A stretch of DNA of 64,000 nt, taken from positions 21,629 to 85,628 of the forward strand of contig CALVJB010000001.1 in assembly GCA_944332025.1 (NCBI GenBank). Reading direction: 5' to 3'. The first letter of the stretch is position 1. Each line of letters begins with the position of its first letter. The notes under the pieces were generated by a model. It was not told the DNA's origin, searched no databases, and was given only the letters and a program-made list of their open reading frames with translations. The position numbers and the translations under genes are program-made. Shown here piece after piece: positions 21,014 through 32,145 of the stretch. The DNA is from an uncultured Bacilli bacterium. GTDB taxonomy: Bacteria > Bacillota_I > Bacilli_A > RF39 > UBA660.

Positions 21014-24000
21014 TATTCTTCATCTCCTTTACTAAGTTCGTCTTTTACATTTATTATATCTTCTTCAAAAGTATCTTCTTCGAAGTCTTCATCATCTGTT
21101 TCTTCGTCATCTTCAGTTTCAGAAGTTTCTTCTTTAGCATCTTCTGTATTTATCTTAGTGATGTTTACTTCTTCATTTAGTGGTTCTCCCACATCATCAT
21201 CACTTTCTTCTATTTGTTTTAAGCCAAGAGACTCTCCATCTTCATTGATTATTGAAATATCAAGTCCTAAGGCTTGGAATTCTTTCATTAATACTCTAAA
21301 TGATTCTGGAACTCCTGCTCTATTTACTTCTTCACCTTTAACTATCGCTTCATAGACTTTAACACGACCAATGACATCATCTGATTTAACGGTCATCATT
21401 TCTTGAAGGGTATAGGCTGCACCATATGCATATAGAGCCCAAACTTCCATTTCTCCGAATCTTTGTCCACCAAATTGAGCTTTACCTCCAAGTGGTTGTT
21501 GAGTTACTAATGAGTAAGGTCCAGTACTTCTTGCATGTAGTTTATCATCTACCATGTGGTGTAGTTTAATCATATACATTACACCAACAGAGATACGGTT
21601 ATCGAATGGTTCTCCTGTACGTCCATCGTATAGAACTGTTTTACCATCTTTATCCATTCCAGCTTCTTCCATGATTTCTTCAATATCATCGATATGAGCA
21701 CCATCGAATACTGGAGTTGCGATATGTACGCCTAATTTCTTAGCAGCCATACCCATATGTAATTCTAGGATTTGTCCTAAGTTCATACGAGATGGAACAC
21801 CTTGTGGGTTAAGCATGATATCTACTGGACGACCATCTGGTAAGTAAGGCATATCTTCTTGAGGTAATATTAAGGAAATTACACCTTTATTACCATGACG
21901 ACCTGACATTTTATCTCCTACTTGAATCTTACGTTTTTGAATGATGTAAACTCTAATTACTTTAGATACACCTGCTGGTAGTTCATCATTATCTTTACGA
22001 GAGTAAATCTTAATATCGTGAACTATACCATCTCCACCGTGAGGAACACGAAGGGAAGTATCTCTTACTTCACGAGTCTTTTCACCAAATATTGCATGTA
22101 ATAGTTTTTCTTCGCTAGATAATTCAGCCATTCCTTTTGGAGTTACTTTACCAACTAAGATATCTCCTTCTTTAACTTCAGTACCGATTGTTACGATACC
22201 ATTTTCATCAAGATTCTTCTTAGCTTCTTCACTAACGTTTGGAATATCACGAGTAATTTCTTCTGGTCCTAGTTTAGTTTCACGGCATTGCATCTCATAG
22301 TCTTCTAGATGAAGTGATGTATATTTATCATCTTTAACTAGATTTTCATTAAGGATTACAGCATCCTCATAGTTATATCCATTGTAAGTCATGAAAGCGA
22401 CTACAACGTTTTTACCTAAAGCAAGTTCTCCATTATCACAACTGTTACCATCAGCGATAATGTCACCCATTTTAACTTTATCACCAACTCTAACGATTGG
22501 TCTTTGATGTGAACAAATACTAGAGTTTGCAAGTTCAAAGTTTGCTAGATAATATGTATCTTTTCCTTTGGCATTAGCGACAATTATCTTCTTAGCATCA
22601 ACATAGTCAACAATACCATCTGCTTTAGCGATAATACATACTCCTGAATCTTTAGCAGCGACATGTTCAACACCTGTTCCAATGAATGGAGCTTCTGTTT
22701 TTAATAGTGGCATGGCTTGACGTTGCATGTTAGCACCCATCAAGGCACGAGTTGCATCGTCATGCTCTAGGAATGGAATACAACTTGTTGTTACTGATAC
22801 AACTTGTTGAGGTGATACATCGATATAGTCAACTTGTTCTGGTTTTGCAAGAATATTTTCATCACGGAATCTTGCAGCGACTGTTTTATCAATAATTACA
22901 TTATCTTCATTTGTATTTACTGTTGATTCAGAAATAATATAGTCTTGTTCTTCATCTGCTGTGAAGTAAACTACTTCATCTGTTATTTTACAATCAACAA
23001 CTTTACGATATGGAGTCATTATAAATCCATATTCATCTATTTTGGCATAACTTGCAAGTGAAGTTATAAGTCCAATGTTTTGTCCTTCTGGTGACTCGAT
23101 AGGACAGATTCTACCATAGTGTGATGCATTAACGTCACGTACTTCTACACCTGCTCTATCACGAGAAAGTCCACCTGGTCCTAAAGCTGATAAACGACGT
23201 TTATTAGTAAGTTCAGCGATAGGGTTAGTTTGGTCCATGAATTGTGATAATTGAGATGAACCAAAGAACTCTTTCATAGCAGCAGTTACTGGTCTAATGT
23301 TGATTAATGTCTTAGGTGTTACTTCTTCCATTTCTTGAGTAGTCATTCTCTCCCGAATAACACGTTCCATACGAGAAATACCAATTCTAAATTGATTTTG
23401 TAGTAATTCTCCTACTTGTCTAATACGACGGTTACCTAAATGGTCGATTTCATCATAATTACCAACACCATGTAAAAGGTTTAAGTAATAAGAAGTTGCA
23501 GCATAAACATCTGATATTGTTAAACGTTTAGAATCTATTGTTTGGTCATTACCAATAACAATTAGTTTCTTCTTCTTATCAAATGGATCATAAATAGTAA
23601 CTTTTTGAATCTTGTTATAGGTATCAAGTTCATCATTAATTTTAACTTCTTCTACACCATAACCATTAGCAAATATTTCTCTTAAATCTTCTAAAACATC
23701 TTTAGTTACAACTGTTCCTTTAGCAAATTTAGTTTCTCCATCTACTACGATATCTTCTGCTAATGTTTGATTCAATAGACGGTCAACGATATTTAATTTA
23801 CGATTAAATTTATAACGTCCTACTTTTGCTAAATCATATCTAAATTCATCAAAGAATCTAGTTATAATATGGTTTTTAGATGAATCTAGTGTTGCTGGTT
23901 CACCTGGTCTTAATTTTTCATATATTTCAATTAATGCTTCATCTAAGTTCTTAGTAGCATCTTTAGCGATAGTATTCTTAAGGAAATCGTCTTCTCCAAA

Positions 24001-24630
24001 TAGTTTTAAGATATCGTCATCACTAGAAAGACCAAAAGCACGTAATAATGTTGTTAAGGTTACTTTTCTAGTTCTATCTATTCTTACATATAATACATCT
24101 CTAGCATCTGCTTCAAATTCTAGCCATGTACCACGTGTAGGAATGATTTGAGATGTGATTAACTCACGTCCATTCTTATCAATTTCTCTATTATAATAGA
24201 CACTTGGTGAACGAACTAATTGTGAAACAATAACACGTTCTGCTCCGTTTATTATAAATGTTCCACTATCAGTCATGATAGGCATATCACCTAAGAAGAT
24301 TTCTTGTTCTTTTACTTCGCCTGTCTCACGATTAAAAAGACGCACTTCTACCTTTAGTGGTGCTGCATAAGTAGTTTCTCTATCTTTACTAGCTTTGATA
24401 GAATATCTTGGTTCTTCAAAATGATAATCACCAAACTCTAAAGATAGTGTACCTGAAAAGTTTTCAACTGGAAATAAGTCTTCAAAAACTTCTTTAATTC
24501 CTGTTGTAATAAACCAATCATATGATTTCTTTTGAATCTCTAATAAATCCTTTAGCTCATAAGTATTTCTTATTCTTGAATAATTTCTTCTTTCACGTTT
24601 TTTTCCATATTTTACAATTTTATATGACAC
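21013..24630 (-). CDS. rpoB: DNA-directed RNA polymerase subunit beta, with ~70 aa acidic C-terminal extension
   Basis: 1205 aa with typical beta motifs ([22 protein letters not shown]). GTG start. Its stop overlaps the rpoC ATG (TAATG). Confidence 0.98.
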   Translation of the reverse strand: MSYKIVKYGKKRERRNYSRIRNTYELKDLLEIQKKSYDWFITTGIKEVFEDLFPVENFSGTLSLEFGDYHFEEPRYSIKASKDRETTYAAPLKVEVRLFNRETGEVKEQEIFLGDMPIMTDSGTFIINGAERVIVSQLVRSPSVYYNREIDKNGRELITSQIIPTRGTWLEFEADARDVLYVRIDRTRKVTLTTLLRAFGLSSDDDILKLFGEDDFLKNTIAKDATKNLDEALIEIYEKLRPGEPATLDSSKNHIITRFFDEFRYDLAKVGRYKFNRKLNIVDRLLNQTLAEDIVVDGETKFAKGTVVTKDVLEDLREIFANGYGVEEVKINDELDTYNKIQKVTIYDPFDKKKKLIVIGNDQTIDSKRLTISDVYAATSYYLNLLHGVGNYDEIDHLGNRRIRQVGELLQNQFRIGISRMERVIRERMTTQEMEEVTPKTLINIRPVTAAMKEFFGSSQLSQFMDQTNPIAELTNKRRLSALGPGGLSRDRAGVEVRDVNASHYGRICPIESPEGQNIGLITSLASYAKIDEYGFIMTPYRKVVDCKITDEVVYFTADEEQDYIISESTVNTNEDNVIIDKTVAARFRDENILAKPEQVDYIDVSPQQVVSVTTSCIPFLEHDDATRALMGANMQRQAMPLLKTEAPFIGTGVEHVAAKDSGVCIIAKADGIVDYVDAKKIIVANAKGKDTYYLANFELANSSICSHQRPIVRVGDKVKMGDIIADGNSCDNGELALGKNVVVAFMTYNGYNYEDAVILNENLVKDDKYTSLHLEDYEMQCRETKLGPEEITRDIPNVSEEAKKNLDENGIVTIGTEVKEGDILVGKVTPKGMAELSSEEKLLHAIFGEKTREVRDTSLRVPHGGDGIVHDIKIYSRKDNDELPAGVSKVIRVYIIQKRKIQVGDKMSGRHGNKGVISLILPQEDMPYLPDGRPVDIMLNPQGVPSRMNLGQILELHMGMAAKKLGVHIATPVFDGAHIDDIEEIMEEAGMDKDGKTVLYDGRTGEPFDNRISVGVMYMIKLHHMVDDKLHARSTGPYSLVTQQPLGGKAQFGGQRFGEMEVWALYAYGAAYTLQEMMTVKSDDVIGRVKVYEAIVKGEEVNRAGVPESFRVLMKEFQALGLDISIINEDGESLGLKQIEESDDDVGEPLNEEVNITKINTEDAKEETSETEDDEETDDEDFEEDTFEEDIINVKDELSKGDEE

Positions 24631-24725
24631 TAAAATTCACCCCATTACCATAGTTTTTTTACATTTATTATTCCAAAAAATAATACATTGCCAATTTATA
24701 TTATTAACATAACTTTATCAACAAG

Positions 24726-25316
24726 TCAACACTTTTTTGCACTAATTATATAAAAACCTTTACTTTTCTTAACAATACTTACATCATAATATTTTTTTAA
24801 GTCGAGAATTGTCGATTTCGCTCCCTGTTCTTTCCTTATCACTAAGTACAAAGTCCCATCAGGTTCTAAATGATTTCTAGCATTTAGCAAGATATCATAG
24901 ACTATTTTTTTACCTGCTCTAATCGGAGGATTTGTAATAATAGTCTTATACTTTTTCGTGACATTTTCATAACAGTCACTTGCGAATACATTTATATTAA
25001 TACATTTATTTTCTTTTACATTTCTTTTGGATAGATGTAAGGCTCTTTTATTAACATCTATCATATCTACATCTAAATTAGTCTTTTTATTAACAATAAT
25101 GCCTAGCACCCCATAGCCACAACCAACATCTAGTACTGGTCCTTTTAATTCTTCATACGGCAGAGACTCTAAAAGTAATCTACTACCATAATCTAGACCG
25201 TGTTTAGCGAAGACGCCATTATCTGTATAAAAAATAAAATTCTGATTAAAGAGTGTTGTTGTAGTCTTTTTTAAATTACTAGGGAGATTCTGGTCATTTT
25301 CAAAATAATGACTCAT
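24726..25316 (-). CDS. Class I SAM-dependent methyltransferase (RsmC/YbxB-like, MTS domain)
   Basis: VLDVGCGYGVLG (SAM motif I) and ITNPPIRAGK (NPPxH/R-type motif IV). It sits directly upstream of rpoB, like B. subtilis ybxB. Start trimmed to the ATG behind GAGGTGA. Confidence 0.75.
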   Translation of the reverse strand: MSHYFENDQNLPSNLKKTTTTLFNQNFIFYTDNGVFAKHGLDYGSRLLLESLPYEELKGPVLDVGCGYGVLGIIVNKKTNLDVDMIDVNKRALHLSKRNVKENKCININVFASDCYENVTKKYKTIITNPPIRAGKKIVYDILLNARNHLEPDGTLYLVIRKEQGAKSTILDLKKYYDVSIVKKSKGFYIISAKKC

Positions 25317-25406
25317 TAACATCACCTCAAACAAAGAAAGAGACAAGCCATTATACAAAAGTATATAGTTTGTCTCCTTTCGTAGTGTTATAATACACTA
25401 TTTTTT

Positions 25407-26348
25407 CTATTTCGTCAACACTTTTTTTCGAAGTTCTTCTCTAAAATAGTCATTTGACAGTTTAGAAGATATATCAAGATAATCAGAACTTCTTAAATAT
25501 TCTTTTTCAATATCATCATCATAAAAAGCATAGTTAGTAAATTCTTCTTTAAATATTGAGAAGAAAATATTAATATCTTCTTTATCAAACTTACCCCGTG
25601 AATAGAATTCAACTAAAACATTCACATAAACATCAACTAAATAATTTGATAATATATTCATAATTTGGATAGATTTTTTTATATTATTTCTATATATACT
25701 TAGTTTATCCACAAAACTAATGAATGCAATTGCCTCTTCTTCAGATGAAAACTTTGATAAGAATTTAATTATTGCATACAAATTATTAGAAGTATAGAAA
25801 TTTTGCATATTTTTTTCTCCTAATATTAGCTCAGTTTTCCTAGCAATATTTGCTTCTATCATATACGAAACTACACTATCAAAGTATCGATTCGCTAATA
25901 AATCTGTGTATCCTTCACTTAATCTTCTCGCTATATCAGTATCTATATTTATATAATTAAAGCCAGAATATATTGAGAAAATATTTTCCTTATAAGTGGT
26001 AAAAGCATGAAACAATTCATGATATATGGAATCATCTATATTTTTTCCTGTATATATTTTTTTATTTAAACTATTATAAATTGCCTCACTAGTTGGTTGC
26101 ATTAAAGTTTGTAATATTGTCTTTTGTTTAAGATCTAATGTCTTTAATTTTTTATTTGGATTTCTAAAATTAAAGTTAGTGCTAGTTTTTTTAACAAACT
26201 CTTTTATGTATGGTTTATATTTTTCATCTATTGTTAATTCATCAATATTTACTGTTATCTCCTGTTTATCTTTAATATGCTCTACAGGCTTTATATTTTT
26301 AAGTAAATATTTAAATTTTATTTTATTAATCTTTAAATTATTTACCAT
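25407..26348 (-). CDS. Hypothetical protein with an HExxH motif (possible zinc metallopeptidase)
   Basis: 313 aa. The only recognisable element is IYHELFHAFT. Confidence 0.4.
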   Translation of the reverse strand: MVNNLKINKIKFKYLLKNIKPVEHIKDKQEITVNIDELTIDEKYKPYIKEFVKKTSTNFNFRNPNKKLKTLDLKQKTILQTLMQPTSEAIYNSLNKKIYTGKNIDDSIYHELFHAFTTYKENIFSIYSGFNYINIDTDIARRLSEGYTDLLANRYFDSVVSYMIEANIARKTELILGEKNMQNFYTSNNLYAIIKFLSKFSSEEEAIAFISFVDKLSIYRNNIKKSIQIMNILSNYLVDVYVNVLVEFYSRGKFDKEDINIFFSIFKEEFTNYAFYDDDIEKEYLRSSDYLDISSKLSNDYFREELRKKVLTK

Positions 26349-26411
26349 TATTATAAGTCCTCTTTTCTAATGTGTTTTATATTAACACAAATTAAATAGA
26401 AAGAAAAGCCT

Positions 26412-27050
26412 CTAATAGCATGTTATTCTTATAATAATAGTTATCATTGTAACTAGAAAATATAATGTAGATATCATAAATACAAGATAACTTATAGTAT
26501 GATGATTTAATAATTTATTTTTAATAGTAGTTATTACAAACTTAAGCATGGTAAATATTACAAGTATTACTATTGGTATTAATAATAAAGATAGGTAAAT
26601 TCTATATCCATTATTTGATAATGCTAGTGGTAGAAAAAATGGGAAACAAACACTAACACCTACAAAGATACTGAAATATAAGTTTAATATTAATGATAGC
26701 GATGAGAAGTTTTTGTAGTATAGAAATAATGCTAGAGGTATAAATATTATTAACCATAAAGGATAATTAGTTATAACTTTGAAAAGAAAAGGATATTCTT
26801 CAATATAAGTAAAATAATAATAACTTAAGGCGTATGCTAGTAATATTATGATAATGCTTATAACTAAAAGGGGAATTTCTTTCTTAAAGCTAAACTTCTT
26901 ATTTCTTACATCATCTTTAAAACTTTCATAAGAACTTTTCTTTAAATCTACTTCTTTTATATCTTTATATATTTCTTTATTAATTGTTCCACAATATGGG
27001 CAACTAAATAAGTTATCTTTATATTCTTTTTTACAATTAGAACATTTCAT
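26412..27050 (-). CDS. Membrane protein with N-terminal zinc-ribbon
   Basis: MKCSNCKKEY..FSCPYCGT (CxxC...CxxC), followed by about 5 TM segments. Confidence 0.55.
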   Translation of the reverse strand: MKCSNCKKEYKDNLFSCPYCGTINKEIYKDIKEVDLKKSSYESFKDDVRNKKFSFKKEIPLLVISIIIILLAYALSYYYFTYIEEYPFLFKVITNYPLWLIIFIPLALFLYYKNFSSLSLILNLYFSIFVGVSVCFPFFLPLALSNNGYRIYLSLLLIPIVILVIFTMLKFVITTIKNKLLNHHTISYLVFMISTLYFLVTMITIIIRITCY

Positions 27051-27055
27051 AATAC

Positions 27056-27850
27056 TTAATCAATAAAAACAGCTCCTGCTATAAATCTACCATTTTTATT
27101 AATGTCTCCTTTCTTATAAGCTACATGGGAATAGAAATCATTATCTGTTCTTGTATCTTTATCAGAAATTATCATATTTTCTTTTTGTAGACCTTTTGAT
27201 AATAACTGATTTACAATAGCTTTTCTTAAATCTATATAATAAAAATCTTCTCTTTGTTCAATTGCATTTTTCCAAGCATCTTTATTTGATGCCACTGGTG
27301 GATATTTATCATAATCATAACTTTCTTTTGAAATGCATGGAGTAATATATGCTTTTATATATTGTGGTTTAACATTGCTTTCCTTTATTAAGGCATCTAC
27401 CATTTGTTGAGGCAATAGTCTATTTATATATTCACCTCCACAATGAGCAAGTGCTATCATACATTTTTCTTCATTTATTTTTGCTAATAAAATTAATATT
27501 GGACAATCTGCTACTTTATCTACTACTAAAATGTTTTTTATATTGCTATCCATAATTATGAAATCATCATGAAAATATTTCTCACCTTTTAAATATTTGG
27601 TAACATTTTCTTTTGTTAATATTTCATAAGTTCCATCTTGATAATTAAACGTTTCATCTTGTTCTTCATAAATTGATTTTTGAACTGGTATTAATATATT
27701 AACATTATTTAGATTATACTTTTGTAAAAAGTTCTTCTTATTTAATTCAAACTTATTTTTTCTTTCTTCTTCTGTTAAATTAGGATAAAATATTTCATCA
27801 TCCGACATGATACCATCTTCTCTTTTTGAATAAATAATTTTAAGTTCCAT
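27056..27850 (-). CDS. YfiH/PgeF (DUF152, Cu-oxidase_4) family protein, divergent
   Basis: VADCPILIL, ALAHCGGEY, ITPCIS..SYDY and a C-terminal FYSH....NGRF match the order of conserved PgeF-family blocks. Confidence 0.5.
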   Translation of the reverse strand: MELKIIYSKREDGIMSDDEIFYPNLTEEERKNKFELNKKNFLQKYNLNNVNILIPVQKSIYEEQDETFNYQDGTYEILTKENVTKYLKGEKYFHDDFIIMDSNIKNILVVDKVADCPILILLAKINEEKCMIALAHCGGEYINRLLPQQMVDALIKESNVKPQYIKAYITPCISKESYDYDKYPPVASNKDAWKNAIEQREDFYYIDLRKAIVNQLLSKGLQKENMIISDKDTRTDNDFYSHVAYKKGDINKNGRFIAGAVFID

Positions 27851-27915
27851 AATTTTCTCCTTTGTTTAAGTATAACAATTTTTACTAAAAAGAAAAAGAG
27901 GTTTGTTTTCCTCTT

Positions 27916-28611
27916 CTATTGATTATTACTTGCATCGTTTATTATAGGAGCTAAATCATAAAGTGTTCCATGTTTAGTTTGAGCTAGTATTGTAACACTA
28001 CTACTTGCTCCAGATGTAGCATTAGCAGAATAGAACTTAGCAACATCTTTTATATTTGATATAGTTTGATATGTTGTAAGTCCTTCTACTCCATTAATAG
28101 ATAATGTTTGGTATACAAGAATATAAGCAATTGTTCCATCTTCCATTAAGAATAAGATAACATCACCTGTTGCATCTTGTCCAATACTACCAAATAAAAC
28201 ATCATTTACTTTGTTATTAAAAGTTATTGTTTGGTTTTCTAAAACACCTTCCTCTACACCAGTTAAGTCCCAGTTTAAAGTATAAGTATTAGAGAGATTA
28301 GCTCTGTTATAACTTAAAGTTGCAATTTTTCCTGTTTCATCAATTGCAATATCAATAGTTCCACTGTAATCTGCTAAAGTGTATGAGTTTGTACTACCAT
28401 TACTGACATTATTAGTATCAAAATCTAGTGAATTTATCGTAGTATTTTCAACTTTTTGACTTTCATCAGTTTTATTATTTCTTTCAACATGTAACCTATA
28501 GTCAGCACTGTATATACTAACAAATACAATAATACAGATGAAAAGTGCTAGTAATAAACCTATACAAATGTTGAGACCAATGTTTTTTTTCTTTTTCTCC
28601 TTTTTTTCCAT
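27916..28611 (-). CDS. Hypothetical N-terminally anchored extracytoplasmic protein
   Basis: 231 aa. Lys-rich N-terminus, one TM segment (IGLNICIGLLLALFICIIVFVSIY), then a Ser/Thr/Asn-rich soluble domain. RBS GAGGAGGA. Confidence 0.55.
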   Translation of the reverse strand: MEKKEKKKKNIGLNICIGLLLALFICIIVFVSIYSADYRLHVERNNKTDESQKVENTTINSLDFDTNNVSNGSTNSYTLADYSGTIDIAIDETGKIATLSYNRANLSNTYTLNWDLTGVEEGVLENQTITFNNKVNDVLFGSIGQDATGDVILFLMEDGTIAYILVYQTLSINGVEGLTTYQTISNIKDVAKFYSANATSGASSSVTILAQTKHGTLYDLAPIINDASNNQ

Positions 28612-28720
28612 AAATGTCCTCCTCTATTATTAAATTAACATAAATGAGAAATAAATTAAATAAAAAAAGAGGCTTTATGTGTAAACTTTGTGATAAATTA
28701 TATAAAATTCAAATAAAAAA

Positions 28721-28748
28721 GAAGCTAAGATACTAATTACTTAACTTC
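28721..28748 (-). terminator. Intrinsic terminator after rplL
   Basis: The minus strand reads gaagttaag-taattagtat-cttagcttc (one mismatch), followed by TTTTTTATTTG. It overlaps the stop codon. Confidence 0.55.
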
Positions 28749-29111
28749 AACAGTAGCACCAGCTTCTTCTAATTTAGCTTTGATTTCATTAGCTTCTTCA
28801 ACAGAAATGTTTTCTTTAATTGGTGAACCAGCATTATCAACTAAATCCTTAGATTCTTTTAAGCCTAGTCCTGTAATTTCACGAACTACTTTGATTACTG
28901 CAACTTTAGCAGCTCCTGCATCAGTAATTGATACTGTAACTGTAGATGGAGCAGCATCTTCTTGAGCACCAGCAGCTCCTGAAGCAGCAACTGCAACAGC
29001 TGATGGATCTACACCAAACTCTTCTTTCATTGCGTCTACTAATTCTTTAATTTCTAAAAGATTCATTTCTTTTAATGAGCTAATAAATTCTTCTTTTGTT
29101 AATTTTGCCAT
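28737..29111 (-). CDS. rplL: 50S ribosomal protein L7/L12
   Basis: [34 protein letters not shown] ... VKEAKDLV-type C-terminal domain. Start trimmed to the ATG behind AAGGAGGAAA. Confidence 0.95.
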   Translation of the reverse strand: MAKLTKEEFISSLKEMNLLEIKELVDAMKEEFGVDPSAVAVAASGAAGAQEDAAPSTVTVSITDAGAAKVAVIKVVREITGLGLKESKDLVDNAGSPIKENISVEEANEIKAKLEEAGATVEVK

Positions 29112-29130
29112 TCTATTTTCCTCCTTATAA

Positions 29131-29625
29131 TTAATTTTCTTCTTTTTGTTCACTATATAAATTTAAGCAGATAGATAGGTCGCGAACAAGTCCTATCATA
29201 CCACCTGCAAGCATAGTAAGTAAGCCATCTCTTGATGGAATCTTTGCATATTCACTAAGTTTAGCTTGATCTGCAACTTCTCCATCAACATAACCAATCT
29301 TTAATGTTAATGCTTCATGATCTTTAGCAAAATCTGATAATACTTTGATTGGAGCTATTTGGTCAGTACTATAAGCAAATGCACTTGGTCCTTCTAAAGC
29401 TTCTTTAACATCAATGTTTAAATCATTGAATGCTCTAGCCATTAAAGTATTTTTATATACTTTATAAGTAGCACCTGCATCTCTTAGGGCACGTCTTAGC
29501 TCTTTAATCTCAGCATCTGTTAGACCACGATAATCAAATAATACGAAAGTCGCACTATTATTAACATTATCTTTGATTTCATCAATAACTTCTTGCTTCT
29601 TTGCTAAGATTTTTTGATTAGCCAT
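29131..29625 (-). CDS. rplJ: 50S ribosomal protein L10
   Basis: 164 aa. [25 protein letters not shown]... is typical of L10. It lies upstream of rplL. Confidence 0.93.
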   Translation of the reverse strand: MANQKILAKKQEVIDEIKDNVNNSATFVLFDYRGLTDAEIKELRRALRDAGATYKVYKNTLMARAFNDLNIDVKEALEGPSAFAYSTDQIAPIKVLSDFAKDHEALTLKIGYVDGEVADQAKLSEYAKIPSRDGLLTMLAGGMIGLVRDLSICLNLYSEQKEEN

Positions 29626-29798
29626 TTTTCCCTCCTATTTTTTAGTCAGTTTAAATAGTCCCTAGAAAGTTAAAAGTTCTCGAGATTTTCCCCAAGAACT
29701 TTTATTTATAGTAATTAGTCCTCGGTAGGATTTACGTTTTTACCTACTGTCTTGGGTACTTGTTAACTGATTTCTTTCTTATTATATTCTATAATCTT
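29626..29798 (-). promoter_or_regulatory. rplJ leader (candidate L10-leader-type autoregulatory RNA)
   Basis: A 173 nt untranslated gap between rplA and rplJ. Stems visible by eye are 29673-29680/29695-29702 and gtagg/cctac around 29725-29747. cccaaga (29691-29697) can alternatively pair with tcttggg (29750-29756). Firmicutes are known to carry an L10 leader at this position. Confidence 0.45.
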
Positions 29799-30497
29799 CT
29801 ATTTGTCAAAAGAATTAATTTGAATCTTAATTCCAGGACCCATAGTAGATGAAATAGATATATTTTTAATATAGTCTCCTTTTACTGTAGCAGGTTTAAT
29901 TTTGATAATTTGACTAACTACAGCATTTAGGTTTGCTAATAGGTCTTCTTCAGTAAATGATACTTTGCCAATGATAGTATGGATATTACCAAAACTATCT
30001 GTACGATATTCAACACGTCCTGCTTTAGCATCTGTTACTGCTTTAGCAACATCTGTTGTTACAGTTCCTGTTTTAGGGTTAGGCATTAATCCTTTAGGTC
30101 CAAGGATACGTCCTAACTTACCTAGTAAAGGCATCATATCTGGAGTTGCAATCATAGTATCAAATTCAAACCAATTTTCATTAGCAATTTTATCTAGATA
30201 ATCTTGATCTCCAACATAGTCTGCTCCAGCTTCTGTAGCTTTTTTAGCATTATCACCTTTAGCGATTACTAAAACACGATTTGTTTTACCTGTTCCTTTT
30301 GGTAGAACAATAGCACCTCTTAGTTGTTGATCTGCTTTTTTAGTATCAAGATTTAAGTTCATTGCAACTTCTACTGAAGAATCAAACTTTGTAATACTAG
30401 TTTCTTTAACTAATTTTACTGCTTCTTCTTTAGTATATAGTTTGTTCTTTTCTACTTTAGTAGCAGCTTCACTATATTTTCTACTTCTTCTTTTCAT
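29799..30497 (-). CDS. rplA: 50S ribosomal protein L1
   Basis: 232 aa. [16 protein letters not shown]... and [15 protein letters not shown] are L1 motifs. Confidence 0.95.
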   Translation of the reverse strand: MKRRSRKYSEAATKVEKNKLYTKEEAVKLVKETSITKFDSSVEVAMNLNLDTKKADQQLRGAIVLPKGTGKTNRVLVIAKGDNAKKATEAGADYVGDQDYLDKIANENWFEFDTMIATPDMMPLLGKLGRILGPKGLMPNPKTGTVTTDVAKAVTDAKAGRVEYRTDSFGNIHTIIGKVSFTEEDLLANLNAVVSQIIKIKPATVKGDYIKNISISSTMGPGIKIQINSFDK

Positions 30498-30579
30498 TAT
30501 TTTTCCTCCTTATGTGGTTATTCGGGTAAGCAATTAGTGTTACATCCTCCCACATAGGTATAACCTATATGTTTAGCTT

Positions 30580-31020
30580 TTAATCTTCTTTCTTTTCTTC
30601 TACGGCAACACCCATGTTTTTAGCTGTGCCAATTACTGTCTTCTTAGCTGCTTCAATATCATAGCAGTTTAAATCTGGTAATTTAGTTTCGGCTATTTCT
30701 GTTACTTGGGCATCTGTTAAGGTTGCAACTGTTTCATTCTTTCCTTTAGTTGAACCTTTATTGATTTTAGCAACTTTCTTAATTAAGAATGGTGTAGGTG
30801 GAGTCTTAATTATAAAGTCAAAGCTTCTATCATCATAAATAGAAATTTCAACTGGTAAAATATCTCCCATCTTATCCCTAGTTGCATCATTATATTTAGT
30901 ACAAAATTCCTGTAAATTGATTCCAGCAGGTCCTAAAACTGTTCCAACTGGTGGTGCAGGTGTTGCTTTCCCTGCAGGAATTTGTAACTTTATTTTCTTT
31001 ACAACTTCTTTCTTTGCCAC
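30580..31020 (-). CDS. rplK: 50S ribosomal protein L11
   Basis: VAKKEVVKKIKLQIPAGKATPAPPVGTVLGPAGINLQEF is the L11 N-terminus. GTG start at 31018-31020. The longer track ORF upstream is 5' UTR. Confidence 0.9.
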   Translation of the reverse strand: MAKKEVVKKIKLQIPAGKATPAPPVGTVLGPAGINLQEFCTKYNDATRDKMGDILPVEISIYDDRSFDFIIKTPPTPFLIKKVAKINKGSTKGKNETVATLTDAQVTEIAETKLPDLNCYDIEAAKKTVIGTAKNMGVAVEEKKED

Positions 31021-31167
31021 GAAAAACACATCCTTTCTTACTCGTTTTCGCGAGTGGTTATAATAGCTTTTCAATATCAAGATTGTTTAATCTCGACGTT
31101 TTGCATTTAATGCACTTTTTGCTTCCCACTAATATTAATCTATATATAAAATTAATATAGCCCCTAA

Positions 31168-31196
31168 ATAATAGCATACTTTTTCTTATTTGACAA
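31168..31196 (-). promoter_or_regulatory. Candidate sigma-A promoter for rplK-rplA
   Basis: The minus strand reads TTGTCA (31191-31196), a 17 nt spacer, then TATTAT (31168-31173), immediately after the nusG stop. This gives a ~140 nt leader before the rplK GTG. Confidence 0.45.
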
Positions 31197-31203
31197 GAGA
31201 AAA

Positions 31204-31737
31204 CTATGCTTTTTCTATTTGAGTTAATTCAACTTCAACTTGAGTTTCTTGTCCAAATAAGTCAACATTAAGAACAATTTTCTCATTAGCACTATCAACT
31301 TCTTCGATAACTCCATACATTCCTGTGAATGGTCCACCGATGATTTTAACTTTAGTACCAGGTTGTAATTCTTTATCAATATCAATTCTGCTAATACCCA
31401 TATTTCTTAAGATATGGTCTACTTCACTAGGTTGTAATGGTGTAGGTTTAGCACCTTTACCACTCGATCCGATAAATCCTGTAACTCCTGGAGTATTACG
31501 AACTATATACCAAGCTTCATCTGTCATAATCATTTCTACTAAGATATATCCTGGGAATAGTTTTTTTACTTTAGTCTTTTTAACTCCATCTTTAATCTCA
31601 GTTTCTTCTTGTTCTGGAACAATTACTCTAAATATATAATCTTGCATATTCATTGATTCAGCACGCATTAAAAGTTTTTCTTGAACTTTCTTTTCATGTC
31701 CTGAATAAGTATTAACGACATACCATTGTTTTTCCAT
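31204..31737 (-). CDS. nusG: Transcription termination/antitermination factor NusG
   Basis: MEKQWYVVNTYSGHEKKV ... a KOW segment (GTKVKIIGGPFTGMYGVIEEV). Start taken at M3 of the track ORF. Confidence 0.93.
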   Translation of the reverse strand: MEKQWYVVNTYSGHEKKVQEKLLMRAESMNMQDYIFRVIVPEQEETEIKDGVKKTKVKKLFPGYILVEMIMTDEAWYIVRNTPGVTGFIGSSGKGAKPTPLQPSEVDHILRNMGISRIDIDKELQPGTKVKIIGGPFTGMYGVIEEVDSANEKIVLNVDLFGQETQVEVELTQIEKA

Positions 31738-31750
31738 AACCATTTCCTTC

Positions 31751-32047
31751 CTATTTACCTAATGAATGAAGTGCTGCTATTATTACATCTATTAAATAGA
31801 AGAATAATGAGCAACAAATAATAAATATTATAGTGGCAATAGAGTATTTAACCATTTCTTTTCTTGAAGGCCATTTTACTCTTTTAAATTCTGTTTTAAC
31901 ACCACTAAAAAAGTTAGCTATTTTGGTAAATACACTTACCTTTTCTTTCTTTTTACCTTTAGAAGAAGTCTTTTTGTTTTCTTTTTTAGATACTTCTTTT
32001 AAAGATTCTTTTTTAATTTCTTTAGTTTCTTCTTTTTTCTTTGCCAT
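31751..32047 (-). CDS. secE: Preprotein translocase subunit SecE with a long Lys-rich N-terminal extension
   Basis: The C-terminal FFSGVKTEFKRVKWPSRKEMVKYSIATIIFIICCSLFFYLIDVII is the SecE core, and the gene lies upstream of nusG. ATG at 32045-32047 behind AAGGAAG. Confidence 0.85.
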   Translation of the reverse strand: MAKKKEETKEIKKESLKEVSKKENKKTSSKGKKKEKVSVFTKIANFFSGVKTEFKRVKWPSRKEMVKYSIATIIFIICCSLFFYLIDVIIAALHSLGK

Positions 32048-32082
32048 ATACACATCTTCCTTTGTATTTTTTTCTAAAAGAA

Positions 32083-32125
32083 AAACACTTCTCAGTGCTT
32101 AAGCTTACATTACCACAAAGTGTTT
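32083..32125 (-). terminator. Intrinsic terminator after the radical SAM gene
   Basis: aaacactt (32083-32090) pairs with aagtgttt (32118-32125). T-runs flank it on both strands. Confidence 0.55.
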
Positions 32126-32145
32126 TTTTAGTCAATACATTTTTG

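Noticed and set aside
17413-21355. Plus-strand ORFs inside rpoC/rpoB (17413-17631, 18321-18584, 19530-19874, 20260-20478, 21158-21355) and the minus-strand out-of-frame ORF 17929-18171.
   Set aside because: They are antisense to, or out of frame with, unmistakable full-length rpoB/rpoC. Their translations are low-complexity Ser/Leu/Ile-rich, and they have no RBS.
30498-30579. The rplK-rplA intergenic segment containing gggaggatgtaac as an L1-binding autoregulatory site.
   Set aside because: The resemblance to the 23S rRNA L1 site could not be verified by eye. The GGAGG there may simply be part of the rplA RBS region.
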